DNA of 63,999 nucleotides, counting the filler, from Sphacelaria rigidula (taxonomy: Eukaryota): assembly GCA_964200075.2 (NCBI GenBank). It is 5 parts of 5 records of this genome, joined end to end, with 100 filler letters (N's around TTAATTAATTAA, not from the genome) between each part and the next. Parts side by side here need not be neighbours in the genome. Positions count along the whole stretch, not along the records: positions 51,329 to 63,999 come from CAXNAA020003518.1; 4 more parts are not named here. One strand, given 5' to 3'. The position numbers and the translations under genes are program-made. Shown one piece after another: positions 51,329-63,999 of this stretch (the stretch's first letter is position 1; the number at the start of each line of letters is the position of its first letter). The notes beneath the pieces are model-generated. The model saw only the letters and a program-made list of their open reading frames with translations, searched no databases and had not been told where the DNA came from.

Positions 51329-52412
51329 GGCTCTCGGCCGGGGGCGGAGGGGGGCGCAGGGGGGGGAGGGGGGGAGGGAGGGGCGGGAGTACACTACATT
51401 GAAACTCCGAGTAATCACGCTGCCAGACATGGTCAGGCTTCTGGAAATGAATTTAGTTTACGCGTTGCAGGTATGCTACTGGCGTCGGAGCAAGGATTTA
51501 CGCTGTTTTCCCGATATCAGTATGAGTTGACCGCGAGTCAGAAAGGTCGAACTGATGTTGTTATGAAAAAAATAAGCGACGCGACAGAGTTTAGAGTTCC
51601 TTGGAGACCGCGCCGCACCTTGCAGAGTGTGTGTAGGACCAGGTCAGTACCTCTCCAGTTGTTCACGCGCGTTTGGGACACTCCTGCAGCGAACGAGCGG
51701 CATGCAGGGGCCTTCATGCGGCATCAACATTTTTTTTCACCAATCCGCAGAAAAATGCATCTTGTCAAAAGATAGAGGACCGGGTTGTGGTGACTGAGAG
51801 ACGTGTCAATCTTGACACGAGTACCACGGGTGAATGTTGGGGTTCAAAAGAGCGATTTCCGAAGCATGCGGTCATGACCCCTTGAAAATCGGGCATAGAT
51901 CTGTTTGCGAGTACGGGGCACGCTGACCCACAATCAGGTATCAAATGTGGTCTATATACCGTCATCATCACAATGGTATAAACATGAACGACTACATCCA
52001 AGACCGTACTGTGCTACTGACTGTACTGACTGACCTACACAGAGTGCCGACAGAGAGCAACACACGCCATCATCTGCTTCACAAGTACTAAACCGACAGG
52101 GTGCATGACGACTGTCTGCCGTCATGTGCTGCTGCGGCAACTGATTTTTTCCTCCTAACCTGGGACAGCAAACCGAGCGCTTCGTTCTCAAAACCCATTA
52201 AATATTAATATGTACTAAAAGAAGGTGTCGTCATTCCTTTTTGCTGCACGTCGGTGATTTCAAGGTTTCGATAAGTGCGTGGTGCTTCATGTCCATCTCT
52301 CTGCCAGAGGCCACCTCACAATCGGTTTTTGTCATCGCACAGCACTTTCCAGCCGAGCGCAAGAACTCGCTGAAGTTGATGGAACAGGAGCGCTTCTCAA
52401 CCCCCCCCCCCC

Positions 52413-52609
52413 GGACGGGGAAACGAGACGGGGATAAGATGTGAAAAAGGTTTTTGTGCAATGTATGGGAGAAACGTAATGAGCACCTGAATGCTGGAGG
52501 TGTCTCTATTAGGAGTAGGAACGGTGCTCCGTCTCGAAAGGTATGCGTGATCAATGGTCAAACGCCTGATACAAGCAACGAATGAGTACGCTCCCCCCCC
52601 CTCCCCCCC
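52413..52609 (+). mobile_element. Poly(C)-tailed retroposon, longest copy (~200 bp)
   Basis: GGACGGGGAAACGAGACGGGG..GGAGTAGGAACGGTGCTCCGTCTCGAAAGG..ATGAGTACGCTCCCCCCCC, flanked by C-runs on both sides. Confidence 0.8.
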
Positions 52610-53719
52610 AAGTCGTACGAGTATAATTATTCCGAGCTGAGGAGCTGACAGTTTTGGGATCCCAAAATGACCGAGAGAGCGTGGGAGTATATGTGTGTCA
52701 ATTGAACATGGGCGCCAATAATTCTTTTCGAATTATCTTAGCTGGACCAACTTGTATGGCAGCCAATCCCGAATCTGGCGGGACCCCAATCTGTGCCAGA
52801 TCGGAGGGACTCAGATTCGCAAAACTCAGATTCGTGCGTACGCCTATATGTGTCATGGCTTCGCAGATTTGTTGAAATTGTTCTGTACACCAAGGATCAT
52901 TTTCTGCAGGGGTGTGGTGTCACAATGAAGCCAAAGAACAGGCAGGCGGTGAATCCTCTTTCAAGAGCAGCGTCGTATCATAGTACCCTAGGGTATAATG
53001 CAGTGCAATGCACTCCACAATCACAGTACACGGTAATACCGTGTTGTAATATATGACGATACAGTCGGTATTGCAAGAACGGTGCCATTCATCGCCCTTC
53101 AAGTACATGGACAGCAGAGTGTAGGATAGTGCATAGTGCCGTTCGTTATGATGACATAAACAGTAGCGCAGTGCAGCATAAAATATTACCATCGCAGCAG
53201 GGTACGGCGTCAAGACTTTCTATCCACTTGTAAAACTCCGTGCGAAGCTGCTCCAGCAGCTGGCGCCGGCAGGTACGCGTGCTGTCACGAGATTGTCTGC
53301 TGCTGCGGTTGCAAAAATATCAGACGCTTGCTACCCTTTCATAGTACGTCAATGTACGTACGTCACTTCCCACGGATTCGGGGATCCTCGATTTTCCCCT
53401 GATCTGCGCTCAGATTGGGGGTCCATACAAGGAGGTTCCGGATCTGAGGTCCCCCGATCTGCGTACAGATCCGTATTTGTGACTGCTATGCAAGATGGTC
53501 CTACAAGCCAACAGAATGGGCTCAAGACTCAGTCACCAGTTCGTTGAGTGGCGAATATTATGCCGATAACATATAAGTTTTTCAGTTAACGCCTCTGTGC
53601 AATGCGAAGCCATAAACCGTTTGTGCAGTCTACGGTTGTTGTGCTGCTACTACCGTTTGTACAGTGTGCCATCGCTCTCCACTGCACGCACTTTACGCTA
53701 GCTGTGTCTAATACTTTAA

Positions 53720-53970
53720 GGGCAGGTCGGGTACGGTAAGTACTCTTGAGTACCCGGCTATAATACTCGGGTAATTACTCTACCCAAGTTTTCGGTAAAT
53801 CAGGTACAGTCTCAACACACTACCCGAGTTTTGGGTACGTCATCTCAGCAGTACCCGGGTATAGAGAACCACTTGGGAATGGCGTCAATGATCTCCCCCA
53901 CGAATGGGTACGCCACAGCAACAATCGAGTACAGACTCATCACTCGGGTGTCACCTCAATACCCAAAGTC
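53720..53970. mobile_element. Diverged relative of the 17058-18035 element (left end)
   Basis: TAA|GGGCAGGTCGGGTACGGTA followed by TACCCG/CGGGTA/TACTC subrepeats. Confidence 0.5.
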
Positions 53971-56333
53971 TGTGTGCGAAACCAGCAACACGCTCGCATT
54001 TTGGTATTTTTTGTATGTTATGTCGTGTTTGTTTTGGGGTGTACACGGAATGGTGAATATAACAACCCACTGTAGGGGTAAAGTGCATCGCGCAATGTTG
54101 AACGCGTGCAATCACACCTCACCGATAAGGCATTCATTCTAGACCGCAAATTCAACCGCTGCTCGCATTTCAGGCCATGAGTGATGGAATTACGCCTACC
54201 TTGGTGGTCTGATCCCTCTTGCTGTCGGGGTTGATTGTGTCACGTGCAAAACCGGGAACAAACCTCGACTTATTATTATGCGTATATGCGTGTGTTTTTT
54301 GCGGTACAGAGAAAAAAAATCTAAACCAAAAACTGCCGTGCGGTACGCTACTACTCATGCATTTCACCATCTATGCAGCACACACAAGGTTAAACGTCTG
54401 CCCCTCCACTAATTCAGCACTCGGAACCATAAGCTCTGCGATAAGGAGCACTCTAGGGTGGGACTATGGTCTAGTGACTGCGTTGGGGGCTCCGAGCCGC
54501 AGTCGAGGCTGCTCGTGCCTCGTGTAACACTAAATACCACGCGATAGACACCAGTACATGAGATACGGTAAGGAGAAACGGACGACACAGCCAGTAACAC
54601 TGTACTGTGCTTGGCAGGTTTCCCCGGCCAACGGGCATTTCCAGAGTACGGGGGTCCATCTTCCACGACAGTGATAATTGTGCGACCCCAACGTCTCTTG
54701 CTATGACCACCTCCAAGGTCCTAGATTGGAGAGGTTGGGTAGCGAGGAACCTTATATCCATCCCATCGCAGCGGAATTTCTGATCGCAGCTACAGGTCGT
54801 GAAAAACACTCATGTGTGAGGCGATACCGCGGGGAAACAAGGGTCAAACGGGTCTCCTTTTGATACGCGTATCTATACTTCGACGACCCCTTAATGTGCG
54901 TTGCACCACGGCTTGTCTTACAGTACTTAGTGCTGTACCGGCAAACATCGCGACGGTGATTGCGAAACGCAGCACCCCTGTGTTGTAGTCCCGTACCGAA
55001 GTCATGTATTTATTTTTTCTTCAAGTGCAAGAACTATGGATTTGGTTGTGCTTCATTACTTGTTCCCCATAGGAAACCGAGTGGTCTACGCCTGAACGCT
55101 GACAGAAATTGAATCCAAATCGATAACGCGGCCACACGGTAGAGCTCGTTTCTATCGGCACACTAACAACGCGTCAGGGATTTTGGGGGGACTTTTTTTG
55201 TCGTGCAGTTCCGTTCAATTTTCTCGGAGTACAACAGGAACGTGGTACAACATATCCTTGAGACGTCAACTTTACCCTACAGACACTACGCGGGGAGTTG
55301 ACCGACACGTTTTCCCGATTACATCGGTAGCTCAAAGGTGGTGCTATCTTTGTGTTTCGGGAGTACGGTCAGTACGATCACTGCAGAACACGCAATCAGC
55401 ACAGTCAGAACGTACAGAGCGTGTCTTGGCATGTTTTTTTCTATCGAAAAAAAGGGGCGGTAAAATTGATATGAGCGAAATTCGCTCATTCTTCTCGACT
55501 TGGGTCCGAGCGAATTTTCAAGCTGTCGATCGAAAAAAGACAGTGACAATCGCGAAGCTGTACATGGCCGCTTGCGTACAGTACAGACAGTACAGACAGT
55601 CTGTACTGTCTGCACTGTTTGCATGCAGGGTCTTGAGTGTGTGTGTGTGTGTGTGTGCATGTTTCGTACAGTGGGATGTGAAGAAGAAGCGGGCAATGTG
55701 CAGTGCAGACAGCGCGGGACTATCTGTTCTCTCTGCTTACAATGTGACGTGAAAAAAACTTGAACAACGTGCAGCCTTGTACTGCCTGCACTGTCCATGG
55801 GGGTATACCCAAGTCGGTTGCCCACCCTACCACGCTGTTCCGTCGCCGATCTGTACGAGCCGGGCCAGCAGTACATCCCGCATTTGCATGTCCCACCATA
55901 ACTCAAGTTTACCAAATCAGCTTGACTTGAGCATATCGCTGTGAACTGCAGACCGACCTGGTAATGCACGGCACCGCCGCTGGTCGATTGGCGAAGTTTA
56001 GGCGATGATGTTATTGTGCTGCATTGAGTAACGGGAATGTCTCGTGTCGTTGCGTGATAGCGTGTCTGGAGACGTTTCGTTTCACGAAATGGGGTGGAAT
56101 CACTGTAGGGAATTGCGCCGCACGGGCACGCGAACACTCGACATGCGCAGGCAAAGCACCCTGTTACGAGTAGTGCAGCAAGATGGCATCAAGGTCGTCA
56201 ACAGCTCCATCATGGGAGACAACCTCCCGGCCGACGGTTTTTTACCACCGTAAGAGGGAAAAGTACCACCTCAAACTGCGCTATACACCCCCCAGATGCA
56301 AGGCGCTATACCAGATTATGCGCCAAAACAAAA

Positions 56334-56403
56334 TGGTCGTGTCAGGATTCGAACTCGTTACCTCTGTAATAAGAGGCGATTCTACCAGTTTGACCACCGG
56401 GGC
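56334..56403 (-). mobile_element. tRNA-like SINE head / tRNA pseudogene
   Basis: Minus strand GCCCCGGTGGTCAAACTGGTAG..GAGTTCGAATCCTGACACGACCA. A and B boxes are present but the acceptor stem does not pair. Confidence 0.6.
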
Positions 56404-59143
56404 GCAGCTGTGCCACACGAAAAATTGGATGCTGTGCCAATTCTTGTTAATTTTTTGGCCGAAATTGCGCCAGGATCTCGTCCACACAAGGACGCACAAC
56501 ATTTTTGAGGATGCCTCCGTTTTTTTTTTTACGGAGTTATAACATTTTTCTAGTTTTTGCAGAAACTTCAAATCGCTCTGACTTCCTTTTTTTTTTTCCA
56601 TGGCATCCCAAGATATGTTGTGCGTAGGGATGATGAAAATGTTGTGTCAAAATTCCAGCGCCTAACTCTTCGAAGTACTGACAGCATCGCCAGAATACAT
56701 CCAAAAATCACTGTCAGCTGGCCCAGCCTGTAGCATGAAAGAAGATGCTCAAGTTTTCGCCGACAAAAAATAAACGAAATATACCCAACTACTGCCTTGT
56801 ATCTGTCCCGACGCTTAACTCGTGCTCTACGCTGCAGGGTTGCGGTGGTAGCTGAGAATGAGTTGGGCGGAGTTTGCATGATTTTGTGAACGGGTGGTGT
56901 CTGGCATAGTGGTCTGCAAGATGGGAGTCAAGTGCCTCTTCATGACTTCCGTCCGTATATTTTCGATCGAAAAAGCTTGGCTTTTTTGTTTTTTGTTTTC
57001 TTGTCCGCGCGCCACTAATTATGAAAAATAGTTGAAGCCAACTAGGAATAGAGATGCGGTAGACCTTTCACATCGAATTTCTTCTTTCCCACCGCGCTTT
57101 CTCGATCGAAAAAAATGTGCCAAGACACGCCGTAACAGTACAGTCGATTAAACTGCAGCAATTTTGTCTGTCCAAGCAGCACACGCAAACTGCCAGAAAT
57201 CCTGAAATACTGGACATGTTGCCGTCAAACCAGGCGTGGCATTTGCAGCTGGGCAAGAATGAGCCTTGAGGCTATTACACGAAGGCTGCGAATTTCCTTG
57301 TTAACCCGTTTGGAAGCGTTGATGGAAAAACGACGATTTGCAATTGACGTTTTCTTGGGCAAGATATGGATGTTTTTCTGCAACTGTTGATGATGCAGCT
57401 CACCAAAACGGTGCACCACTCTAAGTTCAAGCATGCTAATGCGACAGATTCGTGCACCGAACTCGAAGTGATGTTTTCCCGGTGACGAAAGCTCGCATGT
57501 GGGACTTTGTTCTGTTTTTCGCGGGTTCCACAAGGTTCAAGTATACCGTATGCTTCTCAAGTACATCAAGTTCACAACATGTCTGCGGTGTTTTTCGCTT
57601 TCCCCACACACGCGACGTACGTCATCTTTCCTACAAGAAGCAACACAGCACGAGCATATTTTTCTGCTTGCAACCAGAGCTCGTAACATCGTGGTAACGA
57701 GACACTTTCTAAAAGTGGACGGTTAGTGCTAGTGATGAGATCATTTTGTCAGAGCTGGTCTTGGGTCAACGCGGCTTTTTGGCTGTGGAGGAATCAACTC
57801 CTTTCCCGCGGTAGATTCCACACTCGCATTTTAATGTGTCTCCTCGACGATCAAAAATGAGCTCGATCCACCACGTTGCCTGGTGAAAACGGAGGAAGAC
57901 TGTCTCACGGTCAGCCTCGATTTTTCAGCGCATTGATGCGAACTACCGAATTCATAAATGAAACTGTCAGTGGACAAAATCTCGGAACAGAAAGTATGGG
58001 CGATCAAGACGACTCTTTCTTGGGTGTGAGGAGGCATTGCTATCAGCTTGGATAGAGAGCATACCACCTGTAGCGAGTTAACACGCATCAAGGGGTGCAA
58101 AGGTTTCGTACTTATGTCCATACGCACCATTTTCGAAGCTTGGCACTCAGTGCCCCGCGTATGGGGGAGGAGATGCTCCCGGTGCCGTACAACCGTACGA
58201 CGGAGTATAACAGTACAGTACAGTACCGACAGTACAGTAGTACAACCAATTGCGACAGTGCTGGATGAAAACCGGAGTATTTCTGTGCGATGTTGCAAAT
58301 ATCCTATGAAATTCTCGACCTCATACATATATAGTACGCCGTCTGCTGTGAGTGTGCCAAAGAGCATGCTACGAACACGAACGCGCAAGATACCCGTAGT
58401 TAAAGCACAGACAGCAACCCCTCCCTCTCTGTTCAACCACTCAAAAACACCTCGTGACATAGTTGCGTGGCGAATGTGGTGGACATTACCTTTCGGTCAC
58501 TAGCTTCTGATCTTGCGCGTTTAGTTCCAGACTGCACAGCTGTGATTGCGGCCATAGCTTCACGGGACAGCGCGCGTGGTAGTCCACGTCGCTTCAGTTG
58601 CTGCGGACGGCGCAAAGGGTCGGCTGACGGGACTGGCAGGGTAGACAGTCCCGGAAGACAGTCCCGCGAGTAAACTTGTCTACCTAAAAACGCCCTCTTA
58701 CCTTTTTCTGACGTTCACCACATGTGTATTCATGCATACACATACATAGGTTCAGGCAAATCTGGCTCTGAGCTACTGAATATGAAGGGGACCTTCTGGA
58801 CGAAATGACCGAGGGACGTTTGAAATTTCGAAAGGGCTGCCTATATTTTGCAAGTGAGTTTTGTAAGTTGGACTGGATGAGGTACGATGAGGTGGAAGTT
58901 GAGATCTGGGAGGGTTCATCCGTCGTAAAATTTGTGGAAAGATACGAAAAAAATAAAGTCAAAATTCTGATTCTCATATCGCAGCTGTGCCCCCGCCCCA
59001 CCCGTTCACTCACATCGACGAATACCCGACCACACAACTCCTACCTCAGGCAACAGCACACTCTCAATTTTTTTTGTGCAGACTCTCAATTGGTGGTACA
59101 CATCATTCTTCCTTTCATATCAACCACAAGGATACAAGGCAAG

Positions 59144-61888
59144 ATGGTCCACACTTCTTTCGTGATGGTCGCTGTGGGCGGTATGCTCTGCGCTGCGAAC
59201 GCTGCTTTGGAGGTCATCACTCCTTCGGATGGGATGACAGTGATCGCCGACCAGTAAGTTCGTCTTGAGTTCGTACAAACTTTGTGTATCTTGCAGAATG
59301 TTTTTCTAGACTGACAGAAAGTATACACCAGCAAACAGTACAGTTTGTGTATTTTCGCGCTGCAATATCTCGTCGGCCTTCATAATATGTCGCGTTTTGT
59401 CTTGCCGAGAACACGTGGCCATGCGTGACAGAGTGAGGGTGTCGCCCTGGTCGGCTGTCGCAAGATTCCGACGCAAGTTTTGGTGTCCGTTCGATTGATC
59501 GTAGCCGTCTCACGGGACTTCGGTTGTGATCGGACTGATTTTCTCACATTGCCGTTTTTTGCGGAACGTTACAGACTCGGTATGTATGTTGATCCCGAGC
59601 GTTCCGCCTCTCTCTCGTGCTCCACCGCGCACCTTGCAGGACATACACTGTTGAATGGACGGGCACCGGCGACGATAAACGGTACGAGATTGATCTCTAC
59701 TACTGCAACTCCTACTGCATGGAGGTGAGGTTGTTGCCGCGCCCGTGCCTTATGCGTTTTGCTCTCGAAGGGTTCTGGTTGCTGTATGGTGAACCAAGGC
59801 GAAGAGTTCGATATTTTTCCGCCAGCCACGAAGCTCGCTTCTTTTTTCCGTGTTTCGTCCGTACTTGATCTTTGGCAACTGGTTTTCCCGAGGAAGGGAT
59901 TGCTGTCGACACAGTGGCCCCTGGCACGTCGTGTCTTGATTTTGATTTGTTTGACGTGCCCCCTGCGCGCTGGACCCGACAACGTGAGATTCGGCGCCAA
60001 GGTTTCGCTGCAGTGCAGTCCGACGACTGAATCTGGCTGAGTCTTGAGGTCTGGATTATTTTTTCTGTACAGACCACAGACCACTTCTATTCTCAAATTT
60101 CGATAGTTTTCCAGCTTGTTTCTTTCTCGTCGCGTCCTTGAATGTTCCGAGTCCAAAGCCAACAGAAAACACCCACGGGAAGCGGAGTACCGTACTGTCT
60201 GTAGTCTTTGTTTGGTCATGACCTGTAGCACATGACACCAGAGTTTGCAACTAAAGTCTAGCGAAAGTCACTGGAAGACCTCCGCTCGCGGCTTTCACTG
60301 ATCGCGGCGATGAACTGAAAATGTATCCGGCGATGGACTGGTTGTGACGTACATGCAGCTACAGGCCAGGTAATGCTGATTCCGAGTGCGGCGTATCTTT
60401 CCCTCAGATGATGGTACCTACATGCAGCCCCTGTGACTATTGCTCGCCTCCCGGCACCTCGATGACCCTAGTTTGATCCCTCTCTCGAGTATCTTCCACG
60501 TCCCCGCATACAATATCCTGTCCGTCTTGTGTCATGTCGAGCACTACGGTTGTCACTCAATTTCATCGTGTCCGCAGTCGAGAAACCACAATGTACAACA
60601 GAACATTCAACCATTATGTTTCTCAAATGGTCCCTCATGGATCCAAATTGTTCATGCCAGTTTCGCTGGATGTTTTGTTTCCTTTTGTCCGTTGTGCAAA
60701 CATGATGCGTCCCACATGGACAGGGCGAATGCGGAGAGTGGGTGACGGCCCTTTGCCCGTATGGAGAAACCGGCTGCCCTGACAACGAAGGCGACTACGA
60801 CGTCATCATGCCGGAGCCCATGGTGGGCACTGGCTCCGGGAAGCAGGGCCGCTACAAAGTGCGCGTAGCGGACGTGAACGATGAGTCCCTTGCGGATTGC
60901 TCGGACCCCTTCTATTTGCTGCCCTCCAATGAAGCACCACAGGCGGGCGATGCGGATGGGCCATCGCTGCATGTGACGTCCCCCAGGGGTGGGGACTTGG
61001 CTTACGCGGGCGAAGAGTACACAGTCGAGGTTAGTATCCTCACATGGTGAAAGCACGGAAGTAGCAGCCGCGGGAGATGGCTTGGGTTCATATCTTGGCA
61101 CGTTGTTCATTCGTCGTAAAACGACAAGTTTCTCGCCACATCTTGCCATGTTGTGACTTGTATCGATGTGGAACTGTGCCCACGTCGGTTTCTCGGGACT
61201 GCAGCGCTGACTCTGCGTTTTGTTCCTTGTTCGTGACGCATCTGCTTTTGGCTGCGTGCAGTTCGAGTACGACAACGGCCTCGGCTCTAGCGTCAACCGA
61301 TTCAAGATCGACCTGTACAAGGCCGACGGTTCTGGTGACTGCGGAACCTGGGTCACATCCATCTGCGACAAACCCTCCCTCGGCTGCAAGGACTCGAGTA
61401 AGATCTACAACTGTACTTGATGGGGAAGGGGAACAAAAGTACATCGCAACCCACATGCCTACCTTCGAAGATTCGAGACAACTAAATTTTCCCTGTGTAT
61501 TTCCCTCGGGAATCTAGATATCATGCGCAAACCACCCCAAGTCCTGAATCTTGATCAGACGAGGTTGGAGAAAGTGCTCAGACCCCCAACCCGTGCGCTT
61601 TCTCTACTCTTGATGTGAGCTGTTGTAGATTTCGTGACTCATGAATGACATTTGCCCAAACCCCTCTTCCCCTCTCCACGTCATCTGTTGATGAATAATG
61701 CAGTGGGCGACTACGATGTTGAAATCCCAGAAGACACTGCCGCCGGCGACTACTCCATCCGAGTGGGAGTCTTTGGGGACGACTCAGTATTCGGCTGCTC
61801 TGACGTATTCGAGGTAGAGGCAGCAGAGGATGAGAGATCAACGGATGCCGCCCCAGGGATCAGCACGTCCTACTCGTACAGGTTCTAG
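59144..61888 (+). CDS. Secreted 273-aa protein with two tandem Cys-rich Kre9/KNH-like (Ser-Thr-rich GPI family) Ig-like domains; probable cell-wall/extracellular protein
   Basis: Complete gene with exons 59144-59253, 59640-59724, 60724-61029, 61262-61397 and 61704-61888 (822 nt, all phases match). Signal peptide MVHTSFVMVAVGGMLCAANA. Duplicated module L.V.[TS]P..G....A...YTVE[WF]..IDLY..G[ED]CG.WVT..C....GC.D..GDYDV..PE....G.Y..RV.....CSD.F. Confidence 0.9.
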
Positions 61889-63055
61889 TTTCTATCACGC
61901 TCTCGAACTGAAGAAGCGACCCTGGTAGAATGTCGTCGCCAGCGGAGTGCCGTGAGAAGCGAGCGAACACTCGCTTCAATATTTTTGAAGGTGGGATCTT
62001 GGCCCATGGAGTCGTGGAGGCCCGATGGCCTCTGGGCCACAAATGTAGATCTTTTCGTGGATTGACCGCCCTGTTCTTGAGGCTTCTCGTCCGGAGTGTT
62101 GAATTTTGTACCGGGGTTTCTTTCTTCCAGTCGTCGCCTTGGCGATTGACCTATAGCGTACGAAGGTCGACCATTTCTTGACTAATGCCCAGTAGACAGG
62201 GGGAACTCCCGTGTTGTTTTTTAGTCTTCCGTTCTGGTAAGTCTTATATATTTGTGCCAAACATATCCGTCGTTTTTTAAGTGTAGAGTTGACTCGCCTG
62301 TCGCCGCAGTAATGACCATGCATGTGCGGTTTGTTGCGACGGAATTCCCAATTCCTGCATATTTCTTGGTGTTTTCGTAGTCGTTGCGATGAACGATTCG
62401 CGGCAATGGATTTCGATTTTCCGTGATGAGCTGATTTCTATTTCGTTTTCCTGTTCACGCTGCCGATGGATGGTACTCGCCTTGGTGAGCCGTCTGTCGA
62501 CGCGACTGCAGGGATTTTGATTTTTTATTTAGGTAGAAGGATATGAAGCAGCCGACACTGCTTCTGCATGTCTCGTGTATTCAGACGTTTTGGGTCAGGA
62601 TGAAGCCTTTCGGGCTTGACTTCGTGGTCTGTGTGAGCAAACCGAGGCGATGGCCATTTGCTTGACGTCGCCATCGTATTCTCACGCCTTTGTCGTGAAT
62701 TGTGTCGCAGGTGAATGATAGTTTCAGATGATGACCGAATGATGTTGATGTTCCTGCCGGGAATCGTACATCTCTTGGAAGTGATCCTCGGTCGTGTATT
62801 GCAATGAGCAATGACAGTTGAAATGGGTGTATTTTGTTCCCAGCATTTTCTCCAAGCGTACCTGCTGATGTTGTAACTGTTAGTTCCGAGTGGGTTCATG
62901 TGATATCATGTACTGAGATAGCAATGGATCGAGGTATGGCTAGGGATGAATCGGGACGGGGTGAAGTTTGTCCTTCGCCGATCGTTTTGTCGATAGTACG
63001 ATGCTCCCGTCATGCAAATGCAGTAATATTAATATTTTTTTTGTAAAAAGTGGCT

Positions 63056-63999
63056 AGTCAGAGTTGGAGGTCGTGTCACCAACACCCCCTGGATTCGCTT
63101 GGGTGTCCACGATGAGCCTCACGGGTATTTTGAGTTCATCCTTGACCCTTGGACCGCGAGATTAGTCTTCTGGTGAATCGGCATCAATTTCAAGTGAAGT
63201 ATGCATGATCCAGAAAGACTCGCGGTGTAAGGGTTAATTCCTCACATCCGGCTCTGAGTGACGTTACATCACCACCACCAATAGTGTCGCGGCTTCCAGG
63301 TGCACGTTGATACGTGAAAATTTTGATCAAAATCATGTTGGAGCTTACCCTCTGACCGTGGATGATTGGTTCTCGTTTTTGAGTCAGCATCTCCACAAAG
63401 ATTCGGTTCAAAATGCTCGTTTTGCGGTGCTTGCCATCGATTTCATCTCGCGAAGTATTTCATTGTCCCCGTCCCTCTCCGACGGTGGAGACGTGTATCG
63501 GGGCTCTTATTTTTACTGTGCACAGGAAGGTGGAATGCTGAAAAAACTCCCGCGTTCCCTGGGTGATCCCCGCTGATGAATACACTTGCATAAAACACGA
63601 GATCTTACAAATTGAGGTTCGATCCTTAATTGGGGAAGAAGAAACCGGAGAGAACATCTTCGTATCCACACCACATCTTAACAGCGGATCATCTATGTTG
63701 AGGAACGAGATTTTCATTGAGGATGAGAACCCGGAGGATAAAAATTTATCGACAGTAAATCTTCCAAATATGGTTTCATTCCTCGACCTACTGGTAGCTG
63801 ATTATAACTGGTACATGTCCTGAAAATTTGGATGTCAATAACCGAAATATTGGGATCCCAAATGAAGAAACAAGTTCGGGGAATTCAGGTGAGAGCAATG
63901 CGAAGGTAGGGGTGCACTTTTTTCGCGAAATTTTGTCTGGTTCAAGGCTCAACGACTCTAGACGCACAAGAATATGGGCCAGGGCATCCCCGTTTGCAG
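63056..63999 (+). pseudogene. Intronless, frameshifted coding-like remnant (TE or viral origin unresolved)
   Basis: Consecutive peptide-like blocks in shifting frames (63307-63576, 63563-63823, ~63819-end) with no evident splice pattern and lower GC than host exons. No motif recognised. Confidence 0.3.

Larger units (their letters stand above)
51471..57686 (+). pseudogene. Probable decayed multi-exon gene of unknown family
   Basis: Exon-like blocks with splice sites at 51471-51642, 52308-~52400 (interrupted by a retroposon), 56151-56249 (QSTLLRVVQQDGIKVVNSSIMGDNLPADGFLPP) and 57197-57686 (phase-compatible, in-frame TGA at 57267, 57345, 57483). Confidence 0.4.

Noticed and set aside
50606..51471. 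Phase-compatible splice across the 51229 gap
   Set aside because: The contigs are size-sorted and unrelated, so the phase match is coincidence.
55418..57131. 1.7-kb Pack-type element capturing the exon at 56151
   Set aside because: The inverted ends match but the flanking trinucleotides differ (no TSD). Each end is better explained as a separate decayed Tourist-like MITE.

Overview
Eukaryotic, intron-rich, repeat-rich DNA, most consistent with a brown alga (Phaeophyceae). This is inferred from gene style, long introns, gene families and TTAGGG-type repeats. The window is not one locus. Four identical 100-nt spacers (N44-TTAATTAATTAA-N44) recur every ~12.83 kb, so it is a concatenation of five size-sorted ~12.7 kb contigs, and adjacency across the gaps is meaningless. 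Hand-spliced genes: (1) a large minus-strand coiled-coil/low-complexity protein with an internal 82-aa repeat; (2) a probably membrane-anchored CRAL-TRIO/SEC14 protein; (3) the 3' exons of a sulfotransferase-like gene; (4) the first two exons of a PP2A/PP4/PP6-type phosphatase, whose 9-kb intron may hold a nested antisense gene, head-to-head with a type II membrane protein gene fragment; (5) a decayed gene and a complete 273-aa secreted protein with two Cys-rich Kre9/KNH-like Ig domains. Introns are packed with MITEs (hAT-, Harbinger-, piggyBac- and Tc1/mariner-like), tRNA-derived SINEs, an RTE LINE remnant and a possible LTR. The most unusual items are a 5'-truncated retroposon family ending in poly(C) with a 14-bp TSD, a TIR element filled with a higher-order palindromic repeat array, and a MITE family carrying telomere-like repeats. 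I found no convincing novel multi-gene system. All family assignments are from motif recognition, not database searches.
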